A stretch of 64,000 nucleotides of DNA from positions 1 through 64,000 of the forward strand of contig JBLWTJ010000002.1 of assembly GCA_048270185.1 (NCBI GenBank), read 5' to 3'. Of this stretch, positions 9,227-18,133 are shown piece after piece. The first letter of the stretch is position 1. Every line of letters begins with the position of its first letter. The translations under genes were made by a program, and so were the position numbers. The DNA is from Bacteriovoracaceae bacterium. Lineage in GTDB: Bacteria > Bdellovibrionota > Bacteriovoracia > Bacteriovoracales > Bacteriovoracaceae. The notes beneath the pieces were generated by a model. The model ran no database searches. It saw only the letters and a program-made list of their open reading frames with translations, and was not told where the DNA came from.

Positions 9227-10585
9227 ATGCTCTTTAATACATTGAACTTCTTTTATTTCCTTGCCTTGGTCCTTGCCTTATTTTGGCTTATTGATCAAAA
9301 ATACAGGAAGGCCTTAGTTCTTATTAGTTCATATATTTATTTAGCAAGTTTCTCAATTCTGCACTGTATCCCTCTACTCATATCAACCATCGTAGATTAT
9401 TACTTTTCTCTTAAGATCGCCTCAGATCAATTACACAAGAAGAAATATCTTCTTTTAAGTATTTTCTTTAACCTTAGCCTTCTCTTTTATTTCAAATATA
9501 TCATTCTTATTAATGAAGTTCTAAATAGGTTCTTTGGACTCACAATTGACCCTGAGTCGGTTATCAATCTAAGTGGCAATGAAGAGTTAATACTTCCGAT
9601 AGCGATAAGCTTTTATACCTTCCAGACACTTAGTTATACTTTTGATGTGTATCAAAGAAAGATTAACCCAACCCGTAACTTCATTGAATATGCTCTCTAT
9701 GTTTCCTATTTCCCTCAGCTTATTGCTGGCCCAATTGAAAAAGCTGCCAATTTGATGCCCAAGCTAAACTTCAAAGAAAGCTTCAAAAAGATCGATTTTA
9801 ATATGGCCATCTACTACATTAGCCTCGGTCTATTTAAAAAAGTAGTCGTTGCCAATAACCTCAGTGTCATCACAGAATCACTTTTTACTACACATGATTC
9901 AAACTTTGTCTCTGTAACTTTATCCGGGTTTGTATACTATATAAGGCTCTATTGTGACTTTTCTGGTTATGTTGATATGGCAACAGGAATTTCTCTTCTA
10001 TTTGGAGTAAAGCTTAGTCTCAATTTTGCAACTCCATACCTTAAAACCTCTATTTCAAAATTCTGGAGATCGTGGCATATAACTCTATCCAATTGGATTA
10101 AGGACTATATTTATATTCCACTTGGAGGAGACCAGAATGGATCAATTAGAACATACTTAAACCTATTCATTGCAATTGTACTCGCTGGTATCTGGCATGG
10201 TGCATCTCTAGCATTTGTTATATTTGGTCTCTATCACTTCTTTATGGTCGCAATTAACCATTTATTTAGAAATAAAATTCCAAGTATAATCGCATATCCT
10301 CTTACCCTCATTTCTGTATCAATAGGCTTTGCAATCTTCAACTTAAAATCATATGACTGGCTCTCTGGTCTACTAAATATTGAATCTATTTCAGAACAAA
10401 CAATGGAGCTGAGTATTTACGCAAGTGCACTGAGTATTACTTACTTTTTACCAATTCTTTTATTAGAGATCAGTAAGATTAAAGAGAATTATTATTTTAA
10501 ATTTACGGCCAGCTTAGTTCTTTTATTCTTAGTTTTAATTTTTGGCAATAACGACAGTACAAGCTTTATATACTTTAGGTTTTAA
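9227..10585 (+). CDS. MBOAT family O-acyltransferase (AlgI/PatA-like)
   Basis: LP.AISFYTFQ, FPQLIAGPI, DFSGY.DMA, FWRSWHITLS, GIWHGA. Confidence 0.9.
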   Translation: MLFNTLNFFYFLALVLALFWLIDQKYRKALVLISSYIYLASFSILHCIPLLISTIVDYYFSLKIASDQLHKKKYLLLSIFFNLSLLFYFKYIILINEVLNRFFGLTIDPESVINLSGNEELILPIAISFYTFQTLSYTFDVYQRKINPTRNFIEYALYVSYFPQLIAGPIEKAANLMPKLNFKESFKKIDFNMAIYYISLGLFKKVVVANNLSVITESLFTTHDSNFVSVTLSGFVYYIRLYCDFSGYVDMATGISLLFGVKLSLNFATPYLKTSISKFWRSWHITLSNWIKDYIYIPLGGDQNGSIRTYLNLFIAIVLAGIWHGASLAFVIFGLYHFFMVAINHLFRNKIPSIIAYPLTLISVSIGFAIFNLKSYDWLSGLLNIESISEQTMELSIYASALSITYFLPILLLEISKIKENYYFKFTASLVLLFLVLIFGNNDSTSFIYFRF

Positions 10586-11457
10586 TGAAAAAAATAATCG
10601 TCTTACTATTTATCATTGAGATTCTCTTATTATTTAAGAGCGAGACAAAAGAGCATCAAATTGAAGTCACTGACCTCAAGCTTAAGCCTGAGACTATCCT
10701 CTTCTTAGGTAACTCGACACTCAATGCGGCCATTGATCGATCAATTATTAACGACGATACAAGAATAATTTGGCAACCTGATGCAACAACGAACTGGGTC
10801 TATTATGAATTCATGAACCTCTTAAAGACTAATAATATAAGAAAAATTGTCTATACGTTCAGAGAAAATGAAATCACCCAGGATGGCTGTGCTGCTTTCT
10901 GGCAACAGTATGAAAGGATAAAGAAACTCGTTTCTTTAAATGATCCCATTTTTCAAAAATATGATATTAAGAGATGCCTAAGCTTTCCAGAAAGAATAAT
11001 CTTTAAGCACTCCGCTCTCTATCGAAACCGACTCGGTTTAAGAAATAATTTTGAAGATTATTTTAAAGCAGCTTTCACTAGGACCAACAAGAATGAGAAT
11101 ATAAGATTCATTTTGAATAATGACTGTGGAAGCTTTAAAGGAATTAAACCAGAGTATGAACTTAAGTTTGAAGATACCTTTCTTGCTCTTATGCTTGATG
11201 AAGCGAAAAAGAGAAATATCAAATTTATCCTTGCAAAGGTTCCGACTATCGACAACCTAACAAATGAAGACCCAGAGGATATAAAATACTATGAAGACTT
11301 AAAGAAGTTCACCATAAGCCGTGGTGGCCACTTCTTTGACATCCCGTCAATCAAGGTCCTCTCAAGTAATATGTTCGAGGACCCCGTTCATTTCAATAGT
11401 ATTGGTGCATCTATCTATAGTAGGGAGCTAAGAAACTTCTTAGAGCTTACAAAATAA
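10585..11457 (+). CDS. SGNH-like periplasmic partner of the MBOAT (AlgJ/DltD/PatB-like)
   Basis: FLGNS block I and FEDPVHFN (DxxH) motif; translationally coupled to the MBOAT. Confidence 0.7.
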   Translation: MKKIIVLLFIIEILLLFKSETKEHQIEVTDLKLKPETILFLGNSTLNAAIDRSIINDDTRIIWQPDATTNWVYYEFMNLLKTNNIRKIVYTFRENEITQDGCAAFWQQYERIKKLVSLNDPIFQKYDIKRCLSFPERIIFKHSALYRNRLGLRNNFEDYFKAAFTRTNKNENIRFILNNDCGSFKGIKPEYELKFEDTFLALMLDEAKKRNIKFILAKVPTIDNLTNEDPEDIKYYEDLKKFTISRGGHFFDIPSIKVLSSNMFEDPVHFNSIGASIYSRELRNFLELTK

Positions 11458-11550
11458 GTTAATTTATCAGTTAAACTAACTTAAATTTGTCTATTTTATC
11501 TAGCTCTAGCTATAATAAAGAGTATATTACTTTAATCATGGATGTATTAA

Positions 11551-13011
11551 ATGCTACTCTTTCTAACTTGCCTCGCGCTGCTTGCTTTGGCCTATAAGTT
11601 CTACAGCCCCTTTGTCGAGAAACAAGCAGGTATTGACCACAACAAGTTAACACCTGTTAAACAATTTGAAGATGGGGTCGACTACGTCGAAGTAAATCCA
11701 ATCAAAGCCTTTCTCATCCAATTTCTAAATATTGCTGGTGTTGGTCCAATTTTTGGTCCAATTCTTGGCGCCATCTATGGACCAGTTGCCCTTGTATGGA
11801 TTGTTCTTGGAAATATTCTAGGAGGTTCAGTTCATGACTTCTACTCAGGTGTCTTGAGTATAAAAGAAGACGGAAAGAGTTTACCCGAAATTGCAGGACA
11901 TTATTTAAATAAATACTTTAAAGGAATCATGCTCTTCTTTACGGCCATGCTTCTCTTCTTTGTCGGTGTCGTTTTCATTATGAGTCCAGCAGGCCTTATT
12001 AGTAATCTTGATGCCTTTAAAGGTACAATATTTGCAGGAAATACTTTCTGGGTTTTAGTTATCCTTGCCTACTATCTTCTTGCGACACTTCTTCCAATCG
12101 ATAAAATCATCACAAAGTTCTATCCTGCATTTGGTCTACTCATGGTTGTTATGACTGTCTCTATTGCAATCGCACTATTAGTAAATGCTCCACATTTACC
12201 AGAATTAGGAAGTGTGTTGACAATTTTTGAACATAACCACATGGCCGAAAAATTACTACATCGCGCACCAGGAGCCCCTCCAGTATGGCCTCTTCTCTTT
12301 GTGACAATTACATGTGGAGCAATTAGTGGGTTTCACTCGACTCAAGCTCCAATCATTGCTCGTTGTCTTTCAAATGAGAAGTATGTTCGCCCTGTATACT
12401 ACGGAGCAATGTTAGCAGAAGGTGTCGTTGCATGTGTTTGGGCCTTAGCTGGTATTGCCGCATTCCCAGATGGATATGTTGAATTAAAGGCAGTTATTGC
12501 TCAAGGTGGACCAGGACTTGTGGTTAAACAAGTTGCCTCAACATATCTAGGAACTGTTGGCGGAATCATGGCGATCCTTGCTGTGGCAATCTTCCCAATC
12601 ACTTCAGGTGATACGGCATTTCGTTCACTGCGACTTACAATTATCGATGCTTTCAATATCAAACAGAGTATCAAAAATCGTCTAATGGTTTCGATTCCTA
12701 TTCTTACGATCGCCTACTTTATGACAAAAATCGATTTCTCACTAATCTGGCGCTATTTTGCTTTTTCAAATATGCTTCTTTCAACAAGCGTCTTGTGGCT
12801 TGCTGTGAAGTATCTCTTTAATCGCAAAGCATTTCACTGGATTGTTAGCCTTCCGGCCATTGTCGGAACAGCTGTGACTGTGTCTTATATTCTAACAGCA
12901 CCAATTGGTCTCAATATGGATAAGGCCCAAGCTCAACCTCTAGGAGTTGGGGTTGGTGTTCTTTGCTTAATTTCATTGATTGTCTTTCATAAGAAAAATT
13001 ATTCAAAATAA
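11551..13011 (+). CDS. cstA: Carbon starvation CstA family transporter
   Basis: DGVDYV, IAG.GPIFGP, ITCGAISGFHSTQ, ITSGDTAFR. Confidence 0.9.
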   Translation: MLLFLTCLALLALAYKFYSPFVEKQAGIDHNKLTPVKQFEDGVDYVEVNPIKAFLIQFLNIAGVGPIFGPILGAIYGPVALVWIVLGNILGGSVHDFYSGVLSIKEDGKSLPEIAGHYLNKYFKGIMLFFTAMLLFFVGVVFIMSPAGLISNLDAFKGTIFAGNTFWVLVILAYYLLATLLPIDKIITKFYPAFGLLMVVMTVSIAIALLVNAPHLPELGSVLTIFEHNHMAEKLLHRAPGAPPVWPLLFVTITCGAISGFHSTQAPIIARCLSNEKYVRPVYYGAMLAEGVVACVWALAGIAAFPDGYVELKAVIAQGGPGLVVKQVASTYLGTVGGIMAILAVAIFPITSGDTAFRSLRLTIIDAFNIKQSIKNRLMVSIPILTIAYFMTKIDFSLIWRYFAFSNMLLSTSVLWLAVKYLFNRKAFHWIVSLPAIVGTAVTVSYILTAPIGLNMDKAQAQPLGVGVGVLCLISLIVFHKKNYSK

Positions 13012-13016
13012 AAAAT

Positions 13017-13034
13017 GGGGCCAGATATGGCCCC
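13017..13034. terminator. Bidirectional intrinsic terminator
   Basis: GGGGCCA-gata-TGGCCCC flanked by A and T tracts between convergent genes. Confidence 0.75.
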
Positions 13035-13041
13035 TAACTTT

Positions 13042-13668
13042 TTAAATTTCTTTATATCCGACATTAATTTCATTCTTACCTTGCACACCAACCACTTCAG
13101 TCCAAATTTCGTAAGGTCGACTTAAAATGATATCACCTTTCTTAAACTCTTTTGAGACTGCATAGGCAGATCTTAGCTCTTTTTCTTTTGCCTCATGGTC
13201 ATCTACCTTTACACGCTTTTCTTTTACACAACGCTTATTCCAACCAATTCCATGATGCTTTACACACTTTACATAAGTTGTCTTATATTCAATGAGATTC
13301 TTTAGATGTTCATTATAAACTTCCATATTTTCAAAAATTGAACCATTTGCAACCACAAGACCGTCTTTATCGGCAGTGTACTTCAAGTGTATATTGTATC
13401 TCGCATAATCATAATCGGCATCAGGTGCCCCCATTTGTGAAAGCATGAGCTTTGATTGAACAAATTTCTCGTCATCAGCAGGTGTACGATCAAGTTTCTT
13501 CTCAATCTCAAAGTGAGAGTAACTATAATCAATATACTTATCACTTGAGTAATACCTAATAGTTGTTTTCTTTTTCATTTTCTGATCAACTTTCATAGTT
13601 ACTGCTTCATCAAGCTTAGTCGAGCAAGAAACAAAAAATAATAGCGATAAAATACTTAAAATCTTCAT
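13042..13668 (-). CDS. Orphan lipoprotein, paralogue of 3473..4135
   Basis: Lipobox FVSC; colinear similarity over the C-terminal half. Confidence 0.8.
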   Translation of the reverse strand: MKILSILSLLFFVSCSTKLDEAVTMKVDQKMKKKTTIRYYSSDKYIDYSYSHFEIEKKLDRTPADDEKFVQSKLMLSQMGAPDADYDYARYNIHLKYTADKDGLVVANGSIFENMEVYNEHLKNLIEYKTTYVKCVKHHGIGWNKRCVKEKRVKVDDHEAKEKELRSAYAVSKEFKKGDIILSRPYEIWTEVVGVQGKNEINVGYKEI

Positions 13669-13676
13669 ATAAACTC

Positions 13677-14153
13677 CTATTGTCCGTTAAATTTCTTCAT
13701 TAAAGCTTCGGCACTCATTTCTTTGAAGTTCTTTTTATTAAAGTATTCGTAACTACAGCGATTGAAATCCATTGCCACAAATTTACCGGCAACAACTTTT
13801 CTAAACTTAAAGTCAGAATCATTTCCGAAAGGTATAAAGATACATTGCTTTCTCTTATCTAGGTTAAATGAAGCACGCATTTGATTCGGCTTACGGTTAT
13901 AAACTAGAACAAACACACCCTTATTAAATTGATTTCCGTAATAAGATCTCTCTTTTGTGAACCCTTCAAAAATAGTCTCAGGGCCAAATTTTTGTTTTAC
14001 TTCAACTGGAGTCAGACCAACGATATCATCTGGGCCAATAGCACCAAGTGGCTTCCCGTAGTCATTAGTTTCAATACTCGAGGTCGTCTTTGTAAGTCCC
14101 CCACATGAAGTTAGTAGTATTCCAAATAATGTGATAGCAAATAATTTTCTCAT
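13677..14153 (-). CDS. Orphan lipoprotein (SmpA/OmlA-like motif)
   Basis: Lipobox LLTSC; VGLTPVEVKQKFGP; SD AGGAGG. Confidence 0.7.
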   Translation of the reverse strand: MRKLFAITLFGILLTSCGGLTKTTSSIETNDYGKPLGAIGPDDIVGLTPVEVKQKFGPETIFEGFTKERSYYGNQFNKGVFVLVYNRKPNQMRASFNLDKRKQCIFIPFGNDSDFKFRKVVAGKFVAMDFNRCSYEYFNKKNFKEMSAEALMKKFNGQ

Positions 14154-14196
14154 CAATCCTCCTTAAATAATTTGCGCTGCACAACAAGCTTCGTCT

Positions 14197-14251
14197 GTAA
14201 CCTCATTTTCCGAAAGGTAAAAACCTTTACCTCTCATGTAATTTCTATCAC
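14197..14251. promoter_or_regulatory. Second, degenerate triple GTAA-N6-TTAC operator array
   Basis: GTAAC-ctca-TTTTC (14197), GTAAA-aacc-TTTAC (14217), GTAAT-ttct-ATCAC (14238). Confidence 0.6.
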
Positions 14252-14268
14252 TTAGATGCCAAACTCAA

Positions 14269-14297
14269 TTGCATTTACTATAGCCTGAGTATAAAAT
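14269..14297 (+). promoter_or_regulatory. Putative sigma70 promoter of the RR/HK operon
   Basis: TTGCAT-N17-TAAAAT. Confidence 0.55.
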
Positions 14298-14320
14298 TTT
14301 TATTGAAGGAATAATAAATT

Positions 14321-15010
14321 ATGAGGAAGAATATTTTTATCATTGATGATGACAAGGATTTCATTGAGCTTTATACACAAATCTTATCGTTTGAATTTAA
14401 CGTTAGATCCGTCACAAACCTAAGAGATGCAATTGCTTATCTTGAAGAAAATCCATTTGAACCAGACTTAATCCTATGCGATATCTTTATGCCAGAGACA
14501 AACGGTTTCGAAGTTTACGACTTCTTCAAATCGCAAGAGAAGTTTGAACATCTTGATATCATTTTTAAAACTTCATCGTTGAATAAGAGCGTCTATGAAG
14601 AGTCAATTATCAATAAAGGGACTGAGTTAATTAGTACCTATATGTCTATTGAAGAAATTAGCGCCCGAGTTCGAAGAGCATTATTAAATGTGAATGTTAT
14701 CAAAGTAAAAAATAGAGAAAATCTTGTTTTCGCTATTTGCCGACAAACAAGAAAGTCACTCTATCCAAGCTTTAATATTCCAATCGAATTTAGCGAAACA
14801 GAAGTTAAGATATTAAGGATTGTATCCTCATCAAATTCTCCGATTCCAAAAGAAAAAATTCTAAAAAGTTGCTTTCCAAGCTCGACAGTGATTACGGATA
14901 ACAATCTCAACACAACTTTTTCAAATCTAAGAAAGAAGTTAGTACACCTTAATGCCAAGCTAGTCACAAGACGTAATATCGGAACTGAAATTCACTTTAT
15001 CCAAGAGTAA
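14321..15010 (+). CDS. Atypical OmpR/PhoB-type response regulator
   Basis: IIDDD; DLILCDIFMP.TNG; wHTH TTFSNLRKKL; conserved beta5 Lys absent. Confidence 0.88.
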   Translation: MRKNIFIIDDDKDFIELYTQILSFEFNVRSVTNLRDAIAYLEENPFEPDLILCDIFMPETNGFEVYDFFKSQEKFEHLDIIFKTSSLNKSVYEESIINKGTELISTYMSIEEISARVRRALLNVNVIKVKNRENLVFAICRQTRKSLYPSFNIPIEFSETEVKILRIVSSSNSPIPKEKILKSCFPSSTVITDNNLNTTFSNLRKKLVHLNAKLVTRRNIGTEIHFIQE

Positions 15011-15013
15011 TCA

Positions 15014-16252
15014 ATGACAATTATTAATAAGCTTTTAAATATATTTTCAAAATTATTAGATTTCTTTGAGCCAAAACCAATAAAGATCAATCGTGAAAGA
15101 GTGGGAGTTGTTTTAATTACAACCCTATGTTGGTATTCAGAACTTGTTGCTGCAATAGCTATTGATGTCCCTGTAACAACAATTCTTTGCTTCTCTGCAG
15201 GTATCTTTAATTTCCTCATTCTATTTACTAGAAAGTTTAATCTCATCTCAAGTACGAATATGGCAAGAGTTTACATTGTTGTTTCAACTTCAGAGCTACT
15301 TTTCACACAATATATGGGGGGATTAAGTTCCGGTACACCGACTCTTATCTGGATGGGAACAATCCCTGTTGTTTCGATTTTTATCCTAGATTTCAAAGAA
15401 GGAACAATATGGTCTGCTATTTCAATGTTGACGTCATTTTTTCTTATGTATTTTAACCATCGTTATAATTTTGCTCCTAATGAATATAGCGCAGAAGCTC
15501 AGTACCTATCTGCCATGTCAAATCAGATTTATGCACCATGCTTCTTCTACGGAACCTATGCCTTAATGCACTTCCAAAAAGAAAAGTATTTTAAAAGTCT
15601 AACAGACAAGAATGAAGAACTACTTCTATTAAAAGAAGAAAAGGATAAACTTCTAACAATCCTATTTCACGATCTAGGCCGCAACTCATCAATGCTTTCA
15701 AATTACCTCGAGTTAGATGATCGTCAAGAACTTACAGATAAGGCAAAAGAAAAAGTTTACTCATTATCAAATGAGATCAAAAGTATTTTAAAGAATGCCA
15801 AAAGTCTGGACTCTAAATTAATTGAATCAGCAAAGCAAAGTATTTCAACTATTGTGCTTTTCAAAGAACTAAAGAGCTTATTTGAGCTAACATTAAAGAA
15901 AAAAGAAATTACTTTCAAATTCGTAGGTAATGGAAATTTACTTTTAACAGCAAACAAGTCTCATCTTATAAACCATGTTCTCGGGAATCTCCTCTCTAAT
16001 GCGATAAAATTCTCTCACCGCAACGATGAAATAATTTTCAAGGCAACGGATAACGACAATAAGATTAAAATTGAAATTATCGACAACGGGACGGGTTATC
16101 AGGAAGGTATCATTAAGAAAGGAACAGAGAGCGAAGATGGTTCAGGAAATGGACTTAAAATTGTTAAGCAATTTTCTCGTTTAAATAATTTAAACTTTAT
16201 GATTGAGCCAAATCAAAATGAAGGAACAATATGTTCAGTAACTTCAAGCTAG
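15014..16252 (+). CDS. Multi-TM sensor histidine kinase (short ATP lid)
   Basis: LFHDLGRNS H-box, NLLSNAIKFS N-box, DNGTG G1, GSGNGL G2. Confidence 0.88.
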   Translation: MTIINKLLNIFSKLLDFFEPKPIKINRERVGVVLITTLCWYSELVAAIAIDVPVTTILCFSAGIFNFLILFTRKFNLISSTNMARVYIVVSTSELLFTQYMGGLSSGTPTLIWMGTIPVVSIFILDFKEGTIWSAISMLTSFFLMYFNHRYNFAPNEYSAEAQYLSAMSNQIYAPCFFYGTYALMHFQKEKYFKSLTDKNEELLLLKEEKDKLLTILFHDLGRNSSMLSNYLELDDRQELTDKAKEKVYSLSNEIKSILKNAKSLDSKLIESAKQSISTIVLFKELKSLFELTLKKKEITFKFVGNGNLLLTANKSHLINHVLGNLLSNAIKFSHRNDEIIFKATDNDNKIKIEIIDNGTGYQEGIIKKGTESEDGSGNGLKIVKQFSRLNNLNFMIEPNQNEGTICSVTSS

Positions 16253-17448
16253 TAAGTCTTCATCTCAAACTAATCGATTACTTCATTGGTGATAGTAGTG
16301 ATGAATTCATTAAGATAAAAATAGGATTTTCATTAACCTGTCTCTATATGTGGTTAATTCAAGTGGTCTATTGTGGCATAGTAGGACTCCCAAACGTCTC
16401 AATTATTTGTTCGATAGCCTCTACCCTCTATCTCATTACCTTATACATACTTAAGAAAAGTCTTATTAGTACAACTATATTCTCAAGACTAATGATCCTA
16501 ACTTCAATCATTGCTTTACACCTATGCTATCTAAATGCCGGAGCCTACCTAAATCCTACCATTATTTGGTTAATGACCATTCCTGTTTTTGCCATTACAT
16601 TATCGGGATTAAAAGAAGGAGCCGTCTGGAGTATTTTTTCCTCTGTTCTATCTATCGTTCTTATGGAAGTCTATCACCAAAGTAATTGGACTTTTAATGA
16701 GTGGAGTACAAAACATATTTACGATGTTGGACAAAGTAATCTATTTAATGGACCACTGTTATTCTTCTTAATGTTTGGTTTTTACTATTACAGTCGTAAT
16801 AAACTACAAAGAGACCTAGAAGAAGTAACTCATGAAAAAAATCGGTTATTAAATATTCTATTTCATGATATTGGAAGAAATACTAATTTATTGGCCAATT
16901 ACATGGAACTTTCAGCACAAGAAAAACCGTTGACTGGTCATCTTAAAAGATCCTATGAATTAGCAGATGAGATCAGACAAATTATTATTAATTCTCAACA
17001 ATTAAATGAATATCAATATCAAACGGACGCCAAGTCAATTGATATCCAAACGCTATACATCGACACGAGAGAAAAGTATGAATATGACTTAAAAAGAAAA
17101 GGTATTCACCTAAAACCACAGATAGCGAATGGCCTAAAAATAAAAGCAAACCCTTCACAATTTCAAAGTCATATAATTGATAATTTAATTTCAAATGCTA
17201 TTAAATTTTCTAATAGTAACTCAGAAATAATATTTAAAGCTGATAGATACAAAAACAAGACTTCAATTCATATAATCGACAACGGTATCGGGCATAACGA
17301 TGGCGAACTCAGAGAAGGTACAGCTGGAGAGAAAGGTTCAGGCAAAGGCCTTTCCATTGTAAACCAATTTGCAAAATTAAATAACTTAGAGTTTTCAATT
17401 TACCAACAAAGTAGTGGCGGCACAATTTCGTGCATCAGAGAGATGTAA
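16231..17448 (+). CDS. Multi-TM sensor histidine kinase (short ATP lid)
   Basis: LFHDIGRNT, NLISNAIKFS, DNGIG, GTAGEKGSGKGL. Confidence 0.88.
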   Translation: MFSNFKLVSLHLKLIDYFIGDSSDEFIKIKIGFSLTCLYMWLIQVVYCGIVGLPNVSIICSIASTLYLITLYILKKSLISTTIFSRLMILTSIIALHLCYLNAGAYLNPTIIWLMTIPVFAITLSGLKEGAVWSIFSSVLSIVLMEVYHQSNWTFNEWSTKHIYDVGQSNLFNGPLLFFLMFGFYYYSRNKLQRDLEEVTHEKNRLLNILFHDIGRNTNLLANYMELSAQEKPLTGHLKRSYELADEIRQIIINSQQLNEYQYQTDAKSIDIQTLYIDTREKYEYDLKRKGIHLKPQIANGLKIKANPSQFQSHIIDNLISNAIKFSNSNSEIIFKADRYKNKTSIHIIDNGIGHNDGELREGTAGEKGSGKGLSIVNQFAKLNNLEFSIYQQSSGGTISCIREM

Positions 17449-17449
17449 A

Positions 17450-18133
17450 ATGAGAGAGAAAATTTTATTAGTCGATGACGATCGCGACTTCATTAACTTT
17501 TATACAAAACTACTAGAAGAACATTATGACATTCAGTCATCAATGAATCTCAAAGATACACTTTCACTTCTCAACGAATCCCCCTATCAATACGATCTTA
17601 TTATTAGTGATATTTTCATGCCAGAGATCAATGGTTTTGAGTTACACGATTATTTAAAAGAGCAAGATCAAATCAAGTATATTCCAATTATCTTTAAAAC
17701 CTCATCTCTAAACTCTGATGTTTATACTGAGTCAATGATTAATAAACAAACAGAGTTATTAAGTACCTATATGACTAATCAAGAATTTCTTGCACGAATA
17801 AGGAGATCTCTTAACGCTAGTCCAATTTTAAAGATAAGAGTAACAGATGAGATAATGATAATAATTGACACAGATTCGAGAGAAATTATTCATCCTCAAT
17901 CCAATACATCTATTTCATTTACAACAAATGAACTAAAAACTCTTCAAGCCTTTGATACAAATACTACATATATCACAAAAGAAAGTATCATCGAATTTGT
18001 ATATGGAGAGAACTATCATATGACTGATAATAACTTTAACACGGTTCTATCAAACATCAGAAAGAAGATTGAACCTTTTGGTATTGGTATTACAAATAAG
18101 AGAAATATTGGTCTTCGTATTGAAGGAAAATAA
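17450..18133 (+). CDS. Atypical OmpR/PhoB-type response regulator
   Basis: LLVDDD; DLIISDIFMPEING; TVLSNIRKKI; start moved to ATG 17450. Confidence 0.88.
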   Translation: MREKILLVDDDRDFINFYTKLLEEHYDIQSSMNLKDTLSLLNESPYQYDLIISDIFMPEINGFELHDYLKEQDQIKYIPIIFKTSSLNSDVYTESMINKQTELLSTYMTNQEFLARIRRSLNASPILKIRVTDEIMIIIDTDSREIIHPQSNTSISFTTNELKTLQAFDTNTTYITKESIIEFVYGENYHMTDNNFNTVLSNIRKKIEPFGIGITNKRNIGLRIEGK

